This document shows, in pieces, positions 9,833 through 20,071 of a stretch of DNA of 32,000 nucleotides (its first letter is position 1; each line of letters opens with the position of its first letter). The position numbers and the translations under genes are program-made. A model generated the notes under the pieces. It ran no database searches. It saw only the letters and a program-made list of their open reading frames with translations, and was not told the DNA's origin. Origin of the DNA: Microcystis aeruginosa NIES-843 (GTDB lineage Bacteria; Cyanobacteriota; Cyanobacteriia; Cyanobacteriales; Microcystaceae); NCBI RefSeq assembly GCF_000010625.1, contig NC_010296.1:3000001-3032000 (forward strand). Direction: 5' to 3'.

Positions 9833-10051
9833 TCCCTGATCTGGAATATTCTGGCGGAAGACCGATCGCAAAGACTTGAAATCTGTTCTAACAATAGTTA
9901 CACTTCTTTAGAATAGATACACTTTTCAAGGGATAATGTAGGTCGGCTAACTCTTGCACTTAACAGTCGAGATTGTTGGGCTTATATTTTCACCCTGAAT
10001 ATAAAAAGCGTCTAAGTGGACACTAAATTGTCAATAGGAGGAGCGTAGTCA

Positions 10052-11578
10052 ATGGGACTACCTTGGTATCGAGTACACACAGTCGTTCTCAACGACCCGG
10101 GCCGTTTAATTTCCGTTCACCTGATGCACACCGCACTGGTAGCGGGTTGGGCTGGCTCCATGGCCCTCTATGAGCTTGCTATTTTCGACCCCAGTGACCC
10201 CGTATTAAACCCGATGTGGCGGCAAGGAATGTTCGTGCTGCCCTTCATGGCCCGTTTAGGTGTCACTGGTTCATGGGGTGGCTGGAGCGTCACCGGCGAA
10301 ACTGGTGTTGACCCCGGTTTCTGGTCTTTTGAAGGCGTTGCCGCCGCTCATATCGTCTTATCCGGTCTGCTATTCCTAGCGGCGGTTTGGCACTGGGTTT
10401 TCTGGGATTTAGAATTATTTATCGATCCCCGCACGGGCGAATCTGCGCTCGATTTGCCGAAAATGTTCGGTATTCACCTGTTCTTATCCGGTTTACTCTG
10501 CTTCGGTTTCGGTGCTTTCCATCAAACAGGCCTTTGGGGTCCCGGGATGTGGGTTTCCGATGCCTACGGTTTAACCGGTCATGTGCAGCCCGTAGCTCCC
10601 GAATGGGGACCGGCTGGTTTTAACCCCTTTAACCCCGGGGGTGTGGTAGCTCACCACATTGCTGCGGGTATCGTCGGGATTATCGCCGGTTTATTCCATT
10701 TAACCGTTCGTCCCCCCGAAAGACTCTATAAAGCCCTGAGAATGGGTAATATCGAAACGGTGCTTTCTAGCAGTATCGCCGCCGTTTTCTTTGCCGCTTT
10801 CGTCGTGGCCGGAACCATGTGGTACGGTAATGCTACCACCCCGATCGAACTCTTTGGCCCGACCCGTTACCAATGGGATAAGGGCTATTTCCAAGAAGAA
10901 ATTGAGCGTCGCGTCGAGGCCAGCATCGCCAACGGAGCCACCATCGCCGAAGCTTACCAAGCAATCCCCGAAAAACTGGCTTTCTATGATTATGTCGGTA
11001 ATAGCCCCGCTAAAGGTGGTTTATTCCGTACTGGTGCCATGGATAGCGGTGACGGTATCGCTAAATCTTGGTTAGGACACCCTGTTTTCAAAGATGGCGA
11101 AGGTCGCGTCCTTAGCGTGCGTCGGATGCCTAACTTCTTTGAAACCTTCCCCGTTGTCCTGACTGACTCGGAAGGTATCGTTCGCGCGGATATTCCTTTC
11201 CGTCGTGCGGAATCGAAACTGAGTATCGAACAAAGTGGTGTCACCGTTTCTTTCTACGGTGGCTCTCTCGATGGTCAGGTGTTCAGCGATCCTGCTGATG
11301 TGAAGAAATTTGCCCGTAGAGCGCAACTCGGTGAAGCTTTCGAGTTTGACACCGAAACCCTGAAGTCTGACGGGGTATTCCGCACTTCTCCGAGAGGTTG
11401 GTTTACTTTCGGTCATGCTGTCTTTGCTTTACTATTCTTCTTCGGTCATATCTGGCACGGTTCTCGTACCATCTACCGCGACGTATTCGCCGGGGTCGAT
11501 CCGGATCTGGAAGAACAAGTGGAATTCGGTTTATTCCAAAAATTGGGTGATCTTAGCACTCGTAAACAAGAAGTTTAG
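10052..11578 (+). CDS. psbB: Photosystem II CP47 chlorophyll apoprotein
   Basis: 508 aa starting [43 protein letters not shown]... This is an unmistakable CP47 sequence. A strong SD (aggagg) lies 8-14 nt upstream. Confidence 0.98.
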   Translation: MGLPWYRVHTVVLNDPGRLISVHLMHTALVAGWAGSMALYELAIFDPSDPVLNPMWRQGMFVLPFMARLGVTGSWGGWSVTGETGVDPGFWSFEGVAAAHIVLSGLLFLAAVWHWVFWDLELFIDPRTGESALDLPKMFGIHLFLSGLLCFGFGAFHQTGLWGPGMWVSDAYGLTGHVQPVAPEWGPAGFNPFNPGGVVAHHIAAGIVGIIAGLFHLTVRPPERLYKALRMGNIETVLSSSIAAVFFAAFVVAGTMWYGNATTPIELFGPTRYQWDKGYFQEEIERRVEASIANGATIAEAYQAIPEKLAFYDYVGNSPAKGGLFRTGAMDSGDGIAKSWLGHPVFKDGEGRVLSVRRMPNFFETFPVVLTDSEGIVRADIPFRRAESKLSIEQSGVTVSFYGGSLDGQVFSDPADVKKFARRAQLGEAFEFDTETLKSDGVFRTSPRGWFTFGHAVFALLFFFGHIWHGSRTIYRDVFAGVDPDLEEQVEFGLFQKLGDLSTRKQEV

Positions 11579-11603
11579 TTTTAGCTAAATCATCCCTATA
11601 ACT

Positions 11604-11633
11604 AAAGGAGTCAAGTCTTTGACTCCTTTTTTT
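11604..11633 (+). terminator. Rho-independent terminator of psbB
   Basis: AAAGGAGTCAA-gtc-TTTGACTCCTTT hairpin followed by a T-run, 26 nt after the psbB stop. Confidence 0.8.
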
Positions 11634-11662
11634 AATTAGGGTATGCTGAAAAAGTTTTTCGT

Positions 11663-11723
11663 GGGGGCAGGGTGTGGGGTGTGGGGTGTGGGGAGAAGGG
11701 AGCAGGGAGTGGGGAGCAGGGAG
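11663..11723. repeat. G-rich STR (GGGGTGT)3 plus GGGAGCA-type units
   Basis: Read directly: gggggcagggtgtggggtgtggggtgtggggagaagggagcagggagtggggagcagggag. Confidence 0.85.
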
Positions 11724-11885
11724 AAACAATTCATAACTTGAGAGTTAATCACACTATTAAAAACGGATTTATCCTAAATCCGGTTATTAAAAACTGATTA
11801 TTTATTCTCCCCTTTTTCTGTGCGTTACTCAAGGGATTTAGTATTAGTATAAAGTTCGATCGAGCTTTACTTTTCACCGAATACT

Positions 11886-11924
11886 GAAAAAACCGCTAGT
11901 TATTTCTATAACTAACGGCTTTTT
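11886..11924 (-). terminator. Rho-independent (bidirectional-looking) terminator after psbJ
   Basis: On the minus strand, the hairpin AGCCGTTAGTTAT-aga-AATAACTAGCGG is followed by TTTTTT. It lies 27 nt downstream of the psbJ stop. Confidence 0.75.
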
Positions 11925-11950
11925 GCTGGGGGAAATTACCCGTAATGGAA

Positions 11951-12070
11951 TTACATAGAGGAACCTAAACCGGCGTAAGCTCCGTAGAAGAAAAGACCAA
12001 GCACAGCGATAACGCCTAGACCGGCGATGGTGGCGACTAACCACAAAGGAATACGACCTTCTGCGAACAT
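11951..12070 (-). CDS. psbJ: Photosystem II protein PsbJ (39 aa)
   Basis: Hand-translated; too short for the ORF track. Sequence: [47 protein letters not shown] lies upstream. It is the last gene of psbEFLJ. Confidence 0.9.
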   Translation of the reverse strand: MFAEGRIPLWLVATIAGLGVIAVLGLFFYGAYAGLGSSM

Positions 12071-12112
12071 GAATAACACCTCCTAATTGCGATGACAATG
12101 AATCGGGACTAA

Positions 12113-12232
12113 TTAGTTAAAGAAATAGCTGGAAAATAAAATTCCCAAGACAGCAACTAGGAGTAAACCTAGGTAAAGAGAAGTACGATTTAACTCGACG
12201 GCTTGCCGATTCGGATTAGGTGTTCTTTCCAT
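12113..12232 (-). CDS. psbL: Photosystem II protein PsbL (39 aa)
   Basis: Hand-translated: [39 protein letters not shown]. This is a canonical PsbL. Confidence 0.92.
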   Translation of the reverse strand: MERTPNPNRQAVELNRTSLYLGLLLVAVLGILFSSYFFN

Positions 12233-12242
12233 AATTGTTCTC

Positions 12243-12377
12243 CTAGCGTTGAATAAACTGCATTGCCGCAATCGCACCGATAAAGAAGACAGTGGGGACC
12301 GCTAAGGTATGAACTGCCAACCAGCGAACGGTGAAAATGGGGTAAGAAATGGGTTGATTGGGATTACCACTAGCCAT
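12243..12377 (-). CDS. psbF: Cytochrome b559 beta subunit (44 aa)
   Basis: Hand-translated: [44 protein letters not shown]. This is a canonical PsbF with the heme-ligand His. Confidence 0.93.
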
Positions 12378-12402
12378 TGTTTTTATCCTTAATTAAAGTA
12401 AA

Positions 12403-12648
12403 CTACTGATTAAACTGCTCGATTTGATTTTTGGCCTCAAAGCGATCATTAATGATCGGTAATTCTTGACGCTCTTGAGTGTAATACTCATCGGGACGGG
12501 GAGTGCCAAAAACATCGTAAGCTAAACCGGTACTCACGAATAACCAACCTGCGATAAACAGCATGGGGATGGTGATGCTATGGATAATCCAGTAACGAAT
12601 ACTGGTAACGATATCGCCAAAAGGACGTTCGCCGGTACTACCTGACAT
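12403..12648 (-). CDS. psbE: Cytochrome b559 alpha subunit
   Basis: 81 aa: [56 protein letters not shown]... This is a canonical PsbE. Confidence 0.97.
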   Translation of the reverse strand: MSGSTGERPFGDIVTSIRYWIIHSITIPMLFIAGWLFVSTGLAYDVFGTPRPDEYYTQERQELPIINDRFEAKNQIEQFNQ

Positions 12649-12726
12649 GGACGGTTCTCCTCGGAATGATAGGACTTGAAAAATTCAATCTCTATAATAG
12701 AGACTTTGTTGACCCTGAGACAAGTT

Positions 12727-13743
12727 TTAGGCCGGTTCGCTAGGGGGATTATATTTCAGTAAAACCCCATTTTGTCCCAAGACAAAACCCTTGTCGGAAT
12801 TGATAAAAACAATTCGATAGAGATTGGAGGGGACACTTTCCACCGCGCGATCTTTTTGCCAAGATTGGCCGCTGTCATGACTGACCAAGAGATTGCCGCT
12901 ACCACCAGCGACCCAAATTTCTTCGGGACTGCGGTAGTTGAGGTCCAAAAGTCCCCAACTGGTGGAAAACTCTGGGAATACCTTATCTTCCCATGTATCG
13001 AGATCATTGGGGCTAGTAAATTGTAGTTGACCACCCCGGGCCAGGGCCCACAGTTCTCCTTTTTCACCATAACCGACTTTTTGTAAGCGGCGGGAAGAAA
13101 GACGATTGTGGGGTTGCCATTCTGTTGACCCCGGTTCCCAGGTGGAATAAAAGTTCCCGCGTGCGGAAACGGCCACATATTTACCATCATGGGAACGAAC
13201 AATTGTCCGGGCCACACCCACAGCACCTTCCACTAAAGCTTGCCAAGTTTTGCCCCCGTCTTTGGTGCGGTAGATAGCGCCTAAATCCGTGACCATTTCG
13301 GCGGTTTTGTCGTTCAGAGCGATAATTCCGTAGGGGGAACCGGGTAATTTTTCACTTAAGGGGATACGGGACCAGCTGCTGCCCCCGTCTTCGCTATGGA
13401 GAAGAATTGAGGGTTTACCGACAATCCAACCCTCTTGGTCGTGGAAACTGACGGCGCTAAAGCTAACTTTTTCTTCGCCAAGGTTGAGGACTTTTTGCTG
13501 CCAGCTGTCCCCCCCATCGGTGGTTTCAAAGAGGGTAGATTTGGTTCCCACTAACCAACCGTGCTGCAGGTCGTCGGTAAAGGCGATATCGGCAAAAGTG
13601 GAGTCAGTGTCGAGGGTGAGGATTTGCCAAGGACTACTGCTCAGGGATGGCACACTACTACAGCTAAAGCAGAAAAAGGCTACAGCTAGAACTATTACGA
13701 ATTGTTTCAGTTTTCTCATCAATGGTTCAGAGGTATTGGTCAA
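12727..13743 (-). CDS. ycf48: Photosystem II assembly factor Ycf48 (HCF136 homologue), lipoprotein
   Basis: 338 aa. The signal/lipobox-like N-terminus reads VLAVAFFCFSCSS. Beta-propeller repeats follow (GWLVG, TTDGGDSW, SEDGGSSW, TKDGGKTW, SHDSGQSW). It occupies the conserved position between rubA and psbE. Confidence 0.93.
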   Translation of the reverse strand: MTNTSEPLMRKLKQFVIVLAVAFFCFSCSSVPSLSSSPWQILTLDTDSTFADIAFTDDLQHGWLVGTKSTLFETTDGGDSWQQKVLNLGEEKVSFSAVSFHDQEGWIVGKPSILLHSEDGGSSWSRIPLSEKLPGSPYGIIALNDKTAEMVTDLGAIYRTKDGGKTWQALVEGAVGVARTIVRSHDGKYVAVSARGNFYSTWEPGSTEWQPHNRLSSRRLQKVGYGEKGELWALARGGQLQFTSPNDLDTWEDKVFPEFSTSWGLLDLNYRSPEEIWVAGGSGNLLVSHDSGQSWQKDRAVESVPSNLYRIVFINSDKGFVLGQNGVLLKYNPPSEPA

Positions 13744-13825
13744 GGAATCGGGACGGATTAGGGTTTGTACCCGATGGGTTACAGGCTCATAAGAGCCGTT
13801 GGATTAAAGATAATGAGTGCTTGAG

Positions 13826-14173
13826 TTAGTTTAAACCATATAAACTAATAAAGAAAACAAATCCTAGCGCTAAAGCCCCGAAAATCAAAATATTTTTTTG
13901 TGCCGGAGTCAGACGGTTGACTCCAAAACCATAGCTAAGATTTTCTTGGAATCCCGAAGGAGCATCTTTGGCTCCGATGTTGATAAATTGGGAACGACGC
14001 ACACCACACACGGGACAGCGCCACGTTTCTGGCAATTCCTCGAAGGGGGTTCCAGCGGGAGTGTTGGTTTTACTATCTCCCTTGCTGGGGTCGTAAACGT
14101 AGCCGCAGGAGCGACATTCGTAGTTGGCAGGGGCCTGGTCGGCTAGGGTTAGTTCTGGTGGGCGATCGCTCAT
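13826..14173 (-). CDS. rubA: Membrane-anchored rubredoxin RubA
   Basis: CxxC pairs are present ([12 protein letters not shown] and [13 protein letters not shown]), with a C-terminal TM anchor ([20 protein letters not shown]). I prefer the ATG at 14173 (MSDRPPELT..., 115 aa) over the track start at 14251. Confidence 0.88.
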   Translation of the reverse strand: MSDRPPELTLADQAPANYECRSCGYVYDPSKGDSKTNTPAGTPFEELPETWRCPVCGVRRSQFINIGAKDAPSGFQENLSYGFGVNRLTPAQKNILIFGALALGFVFFISLYGLN

Positions 14174-16232
14174 AACTAAGATTAAAGGAATTTTCAACAC
14201 TCTGTTACAAATTATCCTTGAAAATTGACCTCTCTCACGGGCAAGCCCCAACAGAATAGCCAGTTTTCAAGCCTGAAAAGGATTAGCGAGGCAGCATATC
14301 GGCTTTAAAAAAAGCAAGATTAATCTATTAGGGCTTAAATGTCTATTAAAACTTTATTAAGTTTATATTTGGGCTATTTACCCTGATTTTGGTACTCAAA
14401 TTTATTCCGAGAAATTGAGAAATTTCAGGCAGGGAAGAAATTAGGGGTCTGATAGCAAATCCTGTTTAAAAGGTAGAGGAGATTGGGGAGTGCCGGAGCT
14501 GCGGAGTAGGGGGAAACAATCCATAACTGGGTTTTTAAAGTTGGATTGGGAGTTAATCATGCTATTAAAAGCGGATTTGGTATCATATTGCATAAATTTA
14601 ATCACTTTTAGCGATCGCTTTTATATTTTGGCATAAATGGGCTGCTCCCTCGCCGTTCCCTGTTCCCGAAAACGAAAACTTCGCACCTCACCATTAAGAT
14701 AACTGCTATCAACCTTATATTATAGGTATATAATCAACCTTAACTATACCTTAAAAAGAGAGTAAAAATTGTGTTCAACCAGCTTGATTGGAATCCTGCC
14801 TATTCAATTGAAACCCTAGAACCAAATACGGTATTTTTTCTATCTGAGCGAGAATCAATCTGTTTTCAAGAGCCGCTTTATTATCGTTTAGTCAGATTAA
14901 TCGATGGTCAACGTAATCTTGATGAAATTATTGATATTCTTCAGTTAGAATTTTTACAAAATCAAGAAATTAATCCCAATAATCCTAATTCGTTTGCAGT
15001 TATTATTAACTATAGTCTGGCAATTCAAAAAGCGATTTTTCAGTTATATAAACAAGGGTTTTTGTTAGAAAAAAAAGAATTATTACCGTCTAATTTAGCA
15101 ATTTTATGCCATCATCTTCAGGTTTCTCAATCCCAAGCTTTTGAACGATTAAGCTAAAACGCACTTAAACCACCTAAAATAGAAATAGTAATTTTAGAAA
15201 AATCCTACTTATGCCAGCAAAAGATTTCCTAGACTTAGAAGAAAAGAAAAACTTACAAAAAGCTCTTAAAGAAGAAGAAAGAGCAGAGGTTAGGGAAAGA
15301 ATTTTAATGTTTCTCTTGCTAAACGACGGAAAAACTCAACGAGAAATAGCTGACTTTATTGGCTGTTCACTCAAAACGGTCGCCCCTTGGTGTGTTCACG
15401 GTGATCCTAACAATTTAGAAAGTCTAGAAGATGGGAGAAAAAATGGAAATCATAAAAAAGCCACAGAGGAATATATTAATTTACTATTAAAAATAGTTGA
15501 TGAAGACCCGAAGGAATTTGGATATGAATTCGGGAGATGGACAGCGGCAAGATTAGCAGAGCATCTAGAAAAGGAAACAAGAATTAAACTGAGTGGCTCG
15601 CAAGTGAGAAGAATATTGAGAAGAAAAAAGTATGTGTATATCTGGGCGAAATATAGTCTAGAAGATAAGCAAGACAAGAAATTAAGAAAAGCATTTAAAG
15701 AAAAATTAGATGAATATTTAAGGTTGGCTAAAGAAAAGCCAGAGTCAATCCAGGTATGGTTTTGGGACGGGGCTTTCAAGGTGGCGACGCAGGTTCGCCA
15801 CACAGCCCCTCATGAGTGTGGATTTAGTTTGAGAGTAATAAGAAGGAGAGCTTGGACAAAAAAAGGAAAGCGAAAAAAAGTGAATGGACAAAGAAAAAGA
15901 GGAAGGGTGAATGTGATGGGAGCCTTAAGATATAATGACAAAAAACGAGTCTGTTTTATGATCAAAAAAGGAAATTCAGAAACTTTCCATGAACAATTAA
16001 AGAAACTTCATGAAGAGATTCGTCAAGAATGGATAAACTTGGGAAATCTGCCCGAAGATTTTCGAGAAAAAGGACCGAAAATTATCATCATATTAGACAA
16101 TGCTAGTTATCACAAAAAGAAAGATGTTATTGAGCAGGTGGAAAAAGAGTTGCCCAATATTAGGCTAGAGTTTTTACCAGCTTATAGTCCAGATTACAAC
16201 CTAATAGAATTAGTGTGGCATTCCGCTAAAGA

Positions 16233-17494
16233 GGGAGCATCTCACCTTTGCAATAAGTAGAAATGCTTAATGATCTCAATAAAAAAGTTAAAAAAGGCAA
16301 CCATTTAGATAAGCACAGCGATGACGAAGGACTTGCGGTACATTACCAGATTCCCAACTTGCACCAGTAATTTTAAGACGATGAGCAATTTGTTTAATTT
16401 TTGATTCGACGGAGCCAGAGCCAATGGAAATCCCCTCTGCCTGCAAATAACCATAATTGACAATTCGATGTTTATGCTTGTTTAAATAAGTAATAAAATT
16501 CTCAACTTGCGGCTCTGACCATCCTTCACAACAAGAGATAGCCGCCTCCACTTCCCCCTTCCAGAGAAAACATTTTACCTCCTCAATTCGCTGGAATGAC
16601 CCGCCAACTTTATAGAGGTTTTCGATTAAATGATACCAATCCAATATTTCAATTCTTTCCTGTTTCTCTCCTATCTCACGAAATAAATTCCAGATACCAT
16701 CATGTCCATCTCCTAAACAAATTAAAGGCTTGGCCAAAACTTGAGAATTAACCAAATCTAATAAAGCTGAGTTATCTTGAAAAAAAGCCGCTACCCCCAG
16801 TTGATGAAAACTCACTGCTTTATAATCACGCCAAATTAAGGCTTTTCCCTTGGCAGTTCTTAGTCGTACCTTACCGCCATCTAGGCTCATTTCTTCCACT
16901 TCCACTTCTGGGTTAGACGGTAATTCTTCAAAAGCATAGCGATGTACGAGGCGTTGTTGGGTACTGTGAGAAACAGCAATCCCTGTCAATGATTTGATTT
17001 TCTGCGCCGATTTCTCGTAGGATTCATCGCCACTTAATAGCAAACAGTTCTTCTCTAACATTGGACTCATCTGAGTCCGAGACTTTATTTCTAATTTTTT
17101 CGCTTGTTTTTCTGTAATTGGTAATTCCCCCAAAATACTTTTCACTTTTCTTGTCCGACCAGCTGTTTCTCCTGTGCTTGTTTTGACAAAAAAATACCGA
17201 TTTCTGGGTTGACATACTGAATCATTAAATCTCTGACTGTCTCCTCTATCTCTCCCAAGTTATTAAATTTATTAATTGGGGATTGCTCATAGAGACATTG
17301 CCCTAACTCTTGACATAACTCTTTAATTCTTTTTTCATTTTCTGATAACATTGAATTATTCCTCCCATCGAGAGCTATTCTGAATTGTAAGTTATAACTA
17401 TTATAATCTCATTTCTCTTTGTGATCAAGTTGAAGATTTTCTAGTTGTTGACGGCTATAAGTATTAATACTCATTGCATAAGTGAGATGCTCCC
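16233..17494 (-). mobile_element. 1262-bp IS element nested inside the IS630 transposase gene
   Basis: TIRs are GGGAGCATCTCACCTTTGCAAT (16233-) and its near-perfect inverted copy ending at 17494. An 8-bp target duplication GCTAAAGA lies at 16225-16232 and 17495-17502. Confidence 0.8.
16288..17351 (-). CDS. DDE transposase of the inner IS (ISKra4/ISLre2-like; family tentative), in two frames joined at a T7 run
   Basis: ORFs 17142-17351 (69 aa) and 16288-17145 (285 aa). The second frame is open upstream back to the homopolymer A7 at 17188-17194 (T7 on the coding strand). Motifs LGDGHDGIWN and ILDWYHLIENL are typical of this DDE group. Confidence 0.6.
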
Positions 17495-19595
17495 GCTAAA
17501 GAGTACATAGCTAATCGAGAATTTGAAAATAAAGAAGAACTGGAAAAAGTAGTCAATCAGCTTTTAAATGAAGGGGGATTGATTATTAAATGGAGTAGAA
17601 AACTTAAAAATAAGGGTAATGCTGTCAATGTAACTTAAATGCGTAAAAGCTTACAATCTCTGAAGGTTACAGTTAAAACCCTAGGCTTAATTCCCCAGCA
17701 AGATTTGATCAATATTTTAAATTCCTTGCAAGTTAAAGTCGCAGATGAAGGGGATTTAACAATTATTTTAACCGATAATTATCTTCATCCTGATTTAGAG
17801 AGTATTAATCAACAAGCTTTAGCCTCGCACAAGCCTTGGTTATTAGTTAATCCCCTGGGAAACCTAGCATGGATTGGTCCCTTATTTGATCCCGATAAAA
17901 CTGGTTGTTGGCATTGTTTGGCTCAACGGTTACGAGATAATCGTCCCGTGGAGGAATTTATCATTAGACAGAGAGACAATAAGATTTCTTTAATTTCTCC
18001 TTTAGGGTTTTCTTCAGCGACAATACAGACGGTTTTAAATCTGACGGCTATGGAGGTTTTTAAGTGGATTATTCAAGGTAAAAATCAACGTTTAGAAGGA
18101 ATGCTAATGACTTATGATACTTTAAATTTACAATTTCAAGAGCATATTTTAGTTAAACGTCCGAACTGTCCTAGTTGTGGATATTCTCTAAATAAAACAC
18201 CTTTACCCGTGGTTTTGGGACATCGTAAAAAGGCTTTTACCAGTGATGGGGGACATCGTTTTTGTTCTCCTGAAGAAACCTTAAAAACCTATCAACATCA
18301 TATCGGTCCTGTTACGGGAATTGTGCGAGAATTAAATAAGATACAAGGGAATGCTTTAGTTCATACTTATGTAGCTAAACATCATTTTCGTAGTGTCTTT
18401 GATGATTTAGACAGTTTACGGCAAAATATTGGAGGTAGAAGTGCGGGAAAAGGCCGTACAGATAGTCAAGCAAAAGCAAGTAGATTTTGTGAAGCTATTG
18501 AGCGCTATTCGGGAGTTTTTCAAGGGAATGAAATCAAAGAAGAAGCGAGTTATCAAGAGTTAAAAGATAAAGCTATTCATCCTAACAAATGTATGAATTT
18601 TAGTGAAAAACAATACCAACATCGAGAAGAATGGAATGGGAAGAATCAAGGATGGTTTCAAAAAGTCCCTGAACCTTTTGATGAAACTAGAATCATTGAT
18701 TGGACTCCTGTATGGTCTTTAACTGCTCAAGATTTTAAGTATTTACCGACGGGATATTGTTATTATGGTTATTCTCAATCTGAACCCTTAGATTGTTGGG
18801 CTGATTCTAATGGCTGCGCCGCAGGAAATACGATAGAGGAAGCGATTTTACAAGGATTTATGGAGTTAGTGGAACGAGATTGTGTGGCTTTATGGTGGTA
18901 TAATCAATTAGTTAAACCTTCCGTTAATTTAGAGAGCTTTAATGAGCCATATTTTGAGCAATTAAAGCAATATTATGAGGGGTTAAATCGGGAGCTATGG
19001 GTGTTAGATATTACCAGTGATTTGAATATTCCCTGTTTTGCTGCTATTAGTCCGAGAAAGGAGCGGGAAGTGGAGGACATTTTGTTAGGGTATGGGGCGC
19101 ATTTTGACCCGAAAATTGCTATTAGTCGGGCGTTAACGGAGGTTAATCAAATCTTGCCGAATGTGTTATCTTTTAAGGAAGATGGGACAACGATTTATAA
19201 TTCTTCTGCTGATCCTTTGGCGGTTAAATGGTGGCAAACGGCAAGGTTAAGCAATCAATCTTATTTAGTTCCCGATAGTAAAATAATACCGAAAAAAAGT
19301 AATGATTATTTACAATTAGCCAGTGATGATTTATTAGCGGATGTTAAATTGTGTCAGCGAATTGTTGAGTCAAAGGGGATGGAAATGTTAGTATTAGATC
19401 AGACTCGTCCTGATATTGGTTTAAGGGTGGCTAAAGTCATTGTCCCCGGAATGCGTCATATGTGGAAGCGTTTAGGGGCAGGAAGATTATATGATGTTCC
19501 TGTTAGCATGGGATGGTTAAAAGAGACTTTGACGGAAGATGAATTAAATCCTTTTCCCATGTGGATGTAATGCTTTGGAATAGGGGAGCTTATCA

Positions 19596-19687
19596 CTGAT
19601 CAGTAAAAGGTGCATCACCGAAGTAACACACCTTAAATAGTGTTGGGTTCCGTACCTCAATCTAACCGATAAGAGAGGCGATCGCAC
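19596..19687 (-). repeat. Island repeat copy A (two-hairpin element ending in HIP1)
   Basis: Sequence ctgatcagtAAAAGGTGCATcaccgaagtaACACACCTTaaatagtGTTGGGTtccgtacctcaATCTAACcgataagagagGCGATCGCac. It abuts the mvl stop codon (19688-19690). Confidence 0.8.
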
Positions 19688-20032
19688 TTAGAAAGTGTAC
19701 TTGATTTGAATAACACTCATGACACCTTCAACAATGGTTCGCCACTGTCCAGTAAATTCTGCACCATAAGATGCTGCAATTTGCGGACCTAATTTTTGTG
19801 CTTCATCGTTGCTCCAGAGAGGTCCAGCTAAAACATCAGTTTTAAATTCATGAATTCCAGTATTTTCCACCTGTAGTTCTACTTCTACTACACTCATTGC
19901 ACTTTCAACTACGGTTGTCCACTGACCAGTAAAGTTTCCTTGATGAGCAGCTGCAATTTTCGGACCTACTTGTTGTGCTTCAGCGTTACTCCAGAGGGGG
20001 CCAGCAGGGATATTAACTTTGTAACTTGCCAT
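19688..20032 (-). CDS. mvl: Mannan/oligomannose-binding lectin MVL (two tandem 54-aa domains)
   Basis: Using the internal ATG at 20032 gives a 114-aa protein: MASYKVNIPAGPLWSNAEAQQVGPKIAAAHQGNFTGQWTTVVESAMSVVEVELQVENTGIHEFKTDVLAGPLWSNDEAQKLGPQIAASYGAEFTGQWRTIVEGVMSVIQIKYTF. From memory this matches the Microcystis viridis lectin MVL. The internal duplication GPLWSN-EAQ-GP-IAA...FTGQW is visible. The 34 extra upstream codons in the track ORF are unlikely to be real. Confidence 0.9.
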   Translation of the reverse strand: MASYKVNIPAGPLWSNAEAQQVGPKIAAAHQGNFTGQWTTVVESAMSVVEVELQVENTGIHEFKTDVLAGPLWSNDEAQKLGPQIAASYGAEFTGQWRTIVEGVMSVIQIKYTF

Positions 20033-20071
20033 AATAGATAATGTCCTTTGAGACTTTTGTTGATTTTGTAT

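Larger units (their letters stand above)
15211..17638 (+). pseudogene. IS630-family DDE transposase, split by the inner IS
   Basis: The 15211-16232 part encodes an HTH N-terminus and a DDE core (WFWD...ECGFSL, ILDNASYHKK, YSPDYNLIELVWHSAKE). After removing 16233-17502 the frame continues as YIANREFENKEELEKVVNQLLNEGGLIIKWSRKLKNKGNAVNVT* ending at 17638. Confidence 0.8.
15152..17651 (+). mobile_element. IS630-family element inserted at a TA in the heterocyclase gene, itself carrying a second IS
   Basis: TA duplications lie at 15150-15151 and 17652-17653. The imperfect TIRs are AGCTAAAACGCACTTAA and the reverse complement AGCTTTTACGCATTTAA. Native length is about 1230 bp after subtracting the inner insertion. 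Confidence 0.75.
14771..19570 (+). pseudogene. PatD-like cyanobactin-type heterocyclase (RRE/E1-like N-terminus fused to a YcaO cyclodehydratase), interrupted by nested IS elements
   Basis: The N-terminal 127 codons (14771-15151) resemble the PatD RRE/N-domain. The rest (17654-19570) carries PatD-like blocks: PWLLVNPLGNLAWIGPLFDPDKTGCWHCLAQR, FTSDGGHR, SAGKGRTDSQAKASRFCEAIERYSGVFQG, DSNGCAAGNTIEEAILQGFMELVERD, LVLDQTRPDIGLRVAKVIVPGMR, GRLYDVPV, and a NPFPMWM tail. Removing 15152-17653 (2502 bp, a multiple of 3) restores one frame reading ...SQAFERL|QSLKVTVKTLG... Confidence 0.85.

Noticed and set aside
10387-11416. Five ORFs (78-114 aa) overlapping psbB on both strands
   Set aside because: All lie inside the unambiguous psbB frame. 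They are Arg/Ser/Pro-rich shadow frames typical of a higher-GC highly expressed gene.
11579-11870. Search for psbT downstream of psbB
   Set aside because: Only a terminator, a G-rich STR and a dispersed repeat are present. The small ATG ORF at 11643 reads through the GGGGTGT repeat and has no resemblance to PsbT.
11874-12098. 74-aa minus-strand ORF (Arg-rich)
   Set aside because: It overlaps the true psbJ (11951-12070) in a different frame and runs through the terminator hairpin. psbJ is the real gene here.
12756-13226. 156-aa minus-strand ORF and 84-aa plus-strand ORF within ycf48
   Set aside because: These are alternative-frame and antisense shadows of the well-supported ycf48 CDS.
13826-14251. 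Long 141-aa version of the rubredoxin ORF
   Set aside because: The 26 extra N-terminal codons start at a non-ATG codon and run into the promoter region. The ATG at 14173 gives the 115-aa length expected for RubA.
15450-15803. 117-aa minus-strand ORF inside the IS630 transposase gene
   Set aside because: It is an antisense shadow of the transposase frame in AT-rich sequence, with no independent support.
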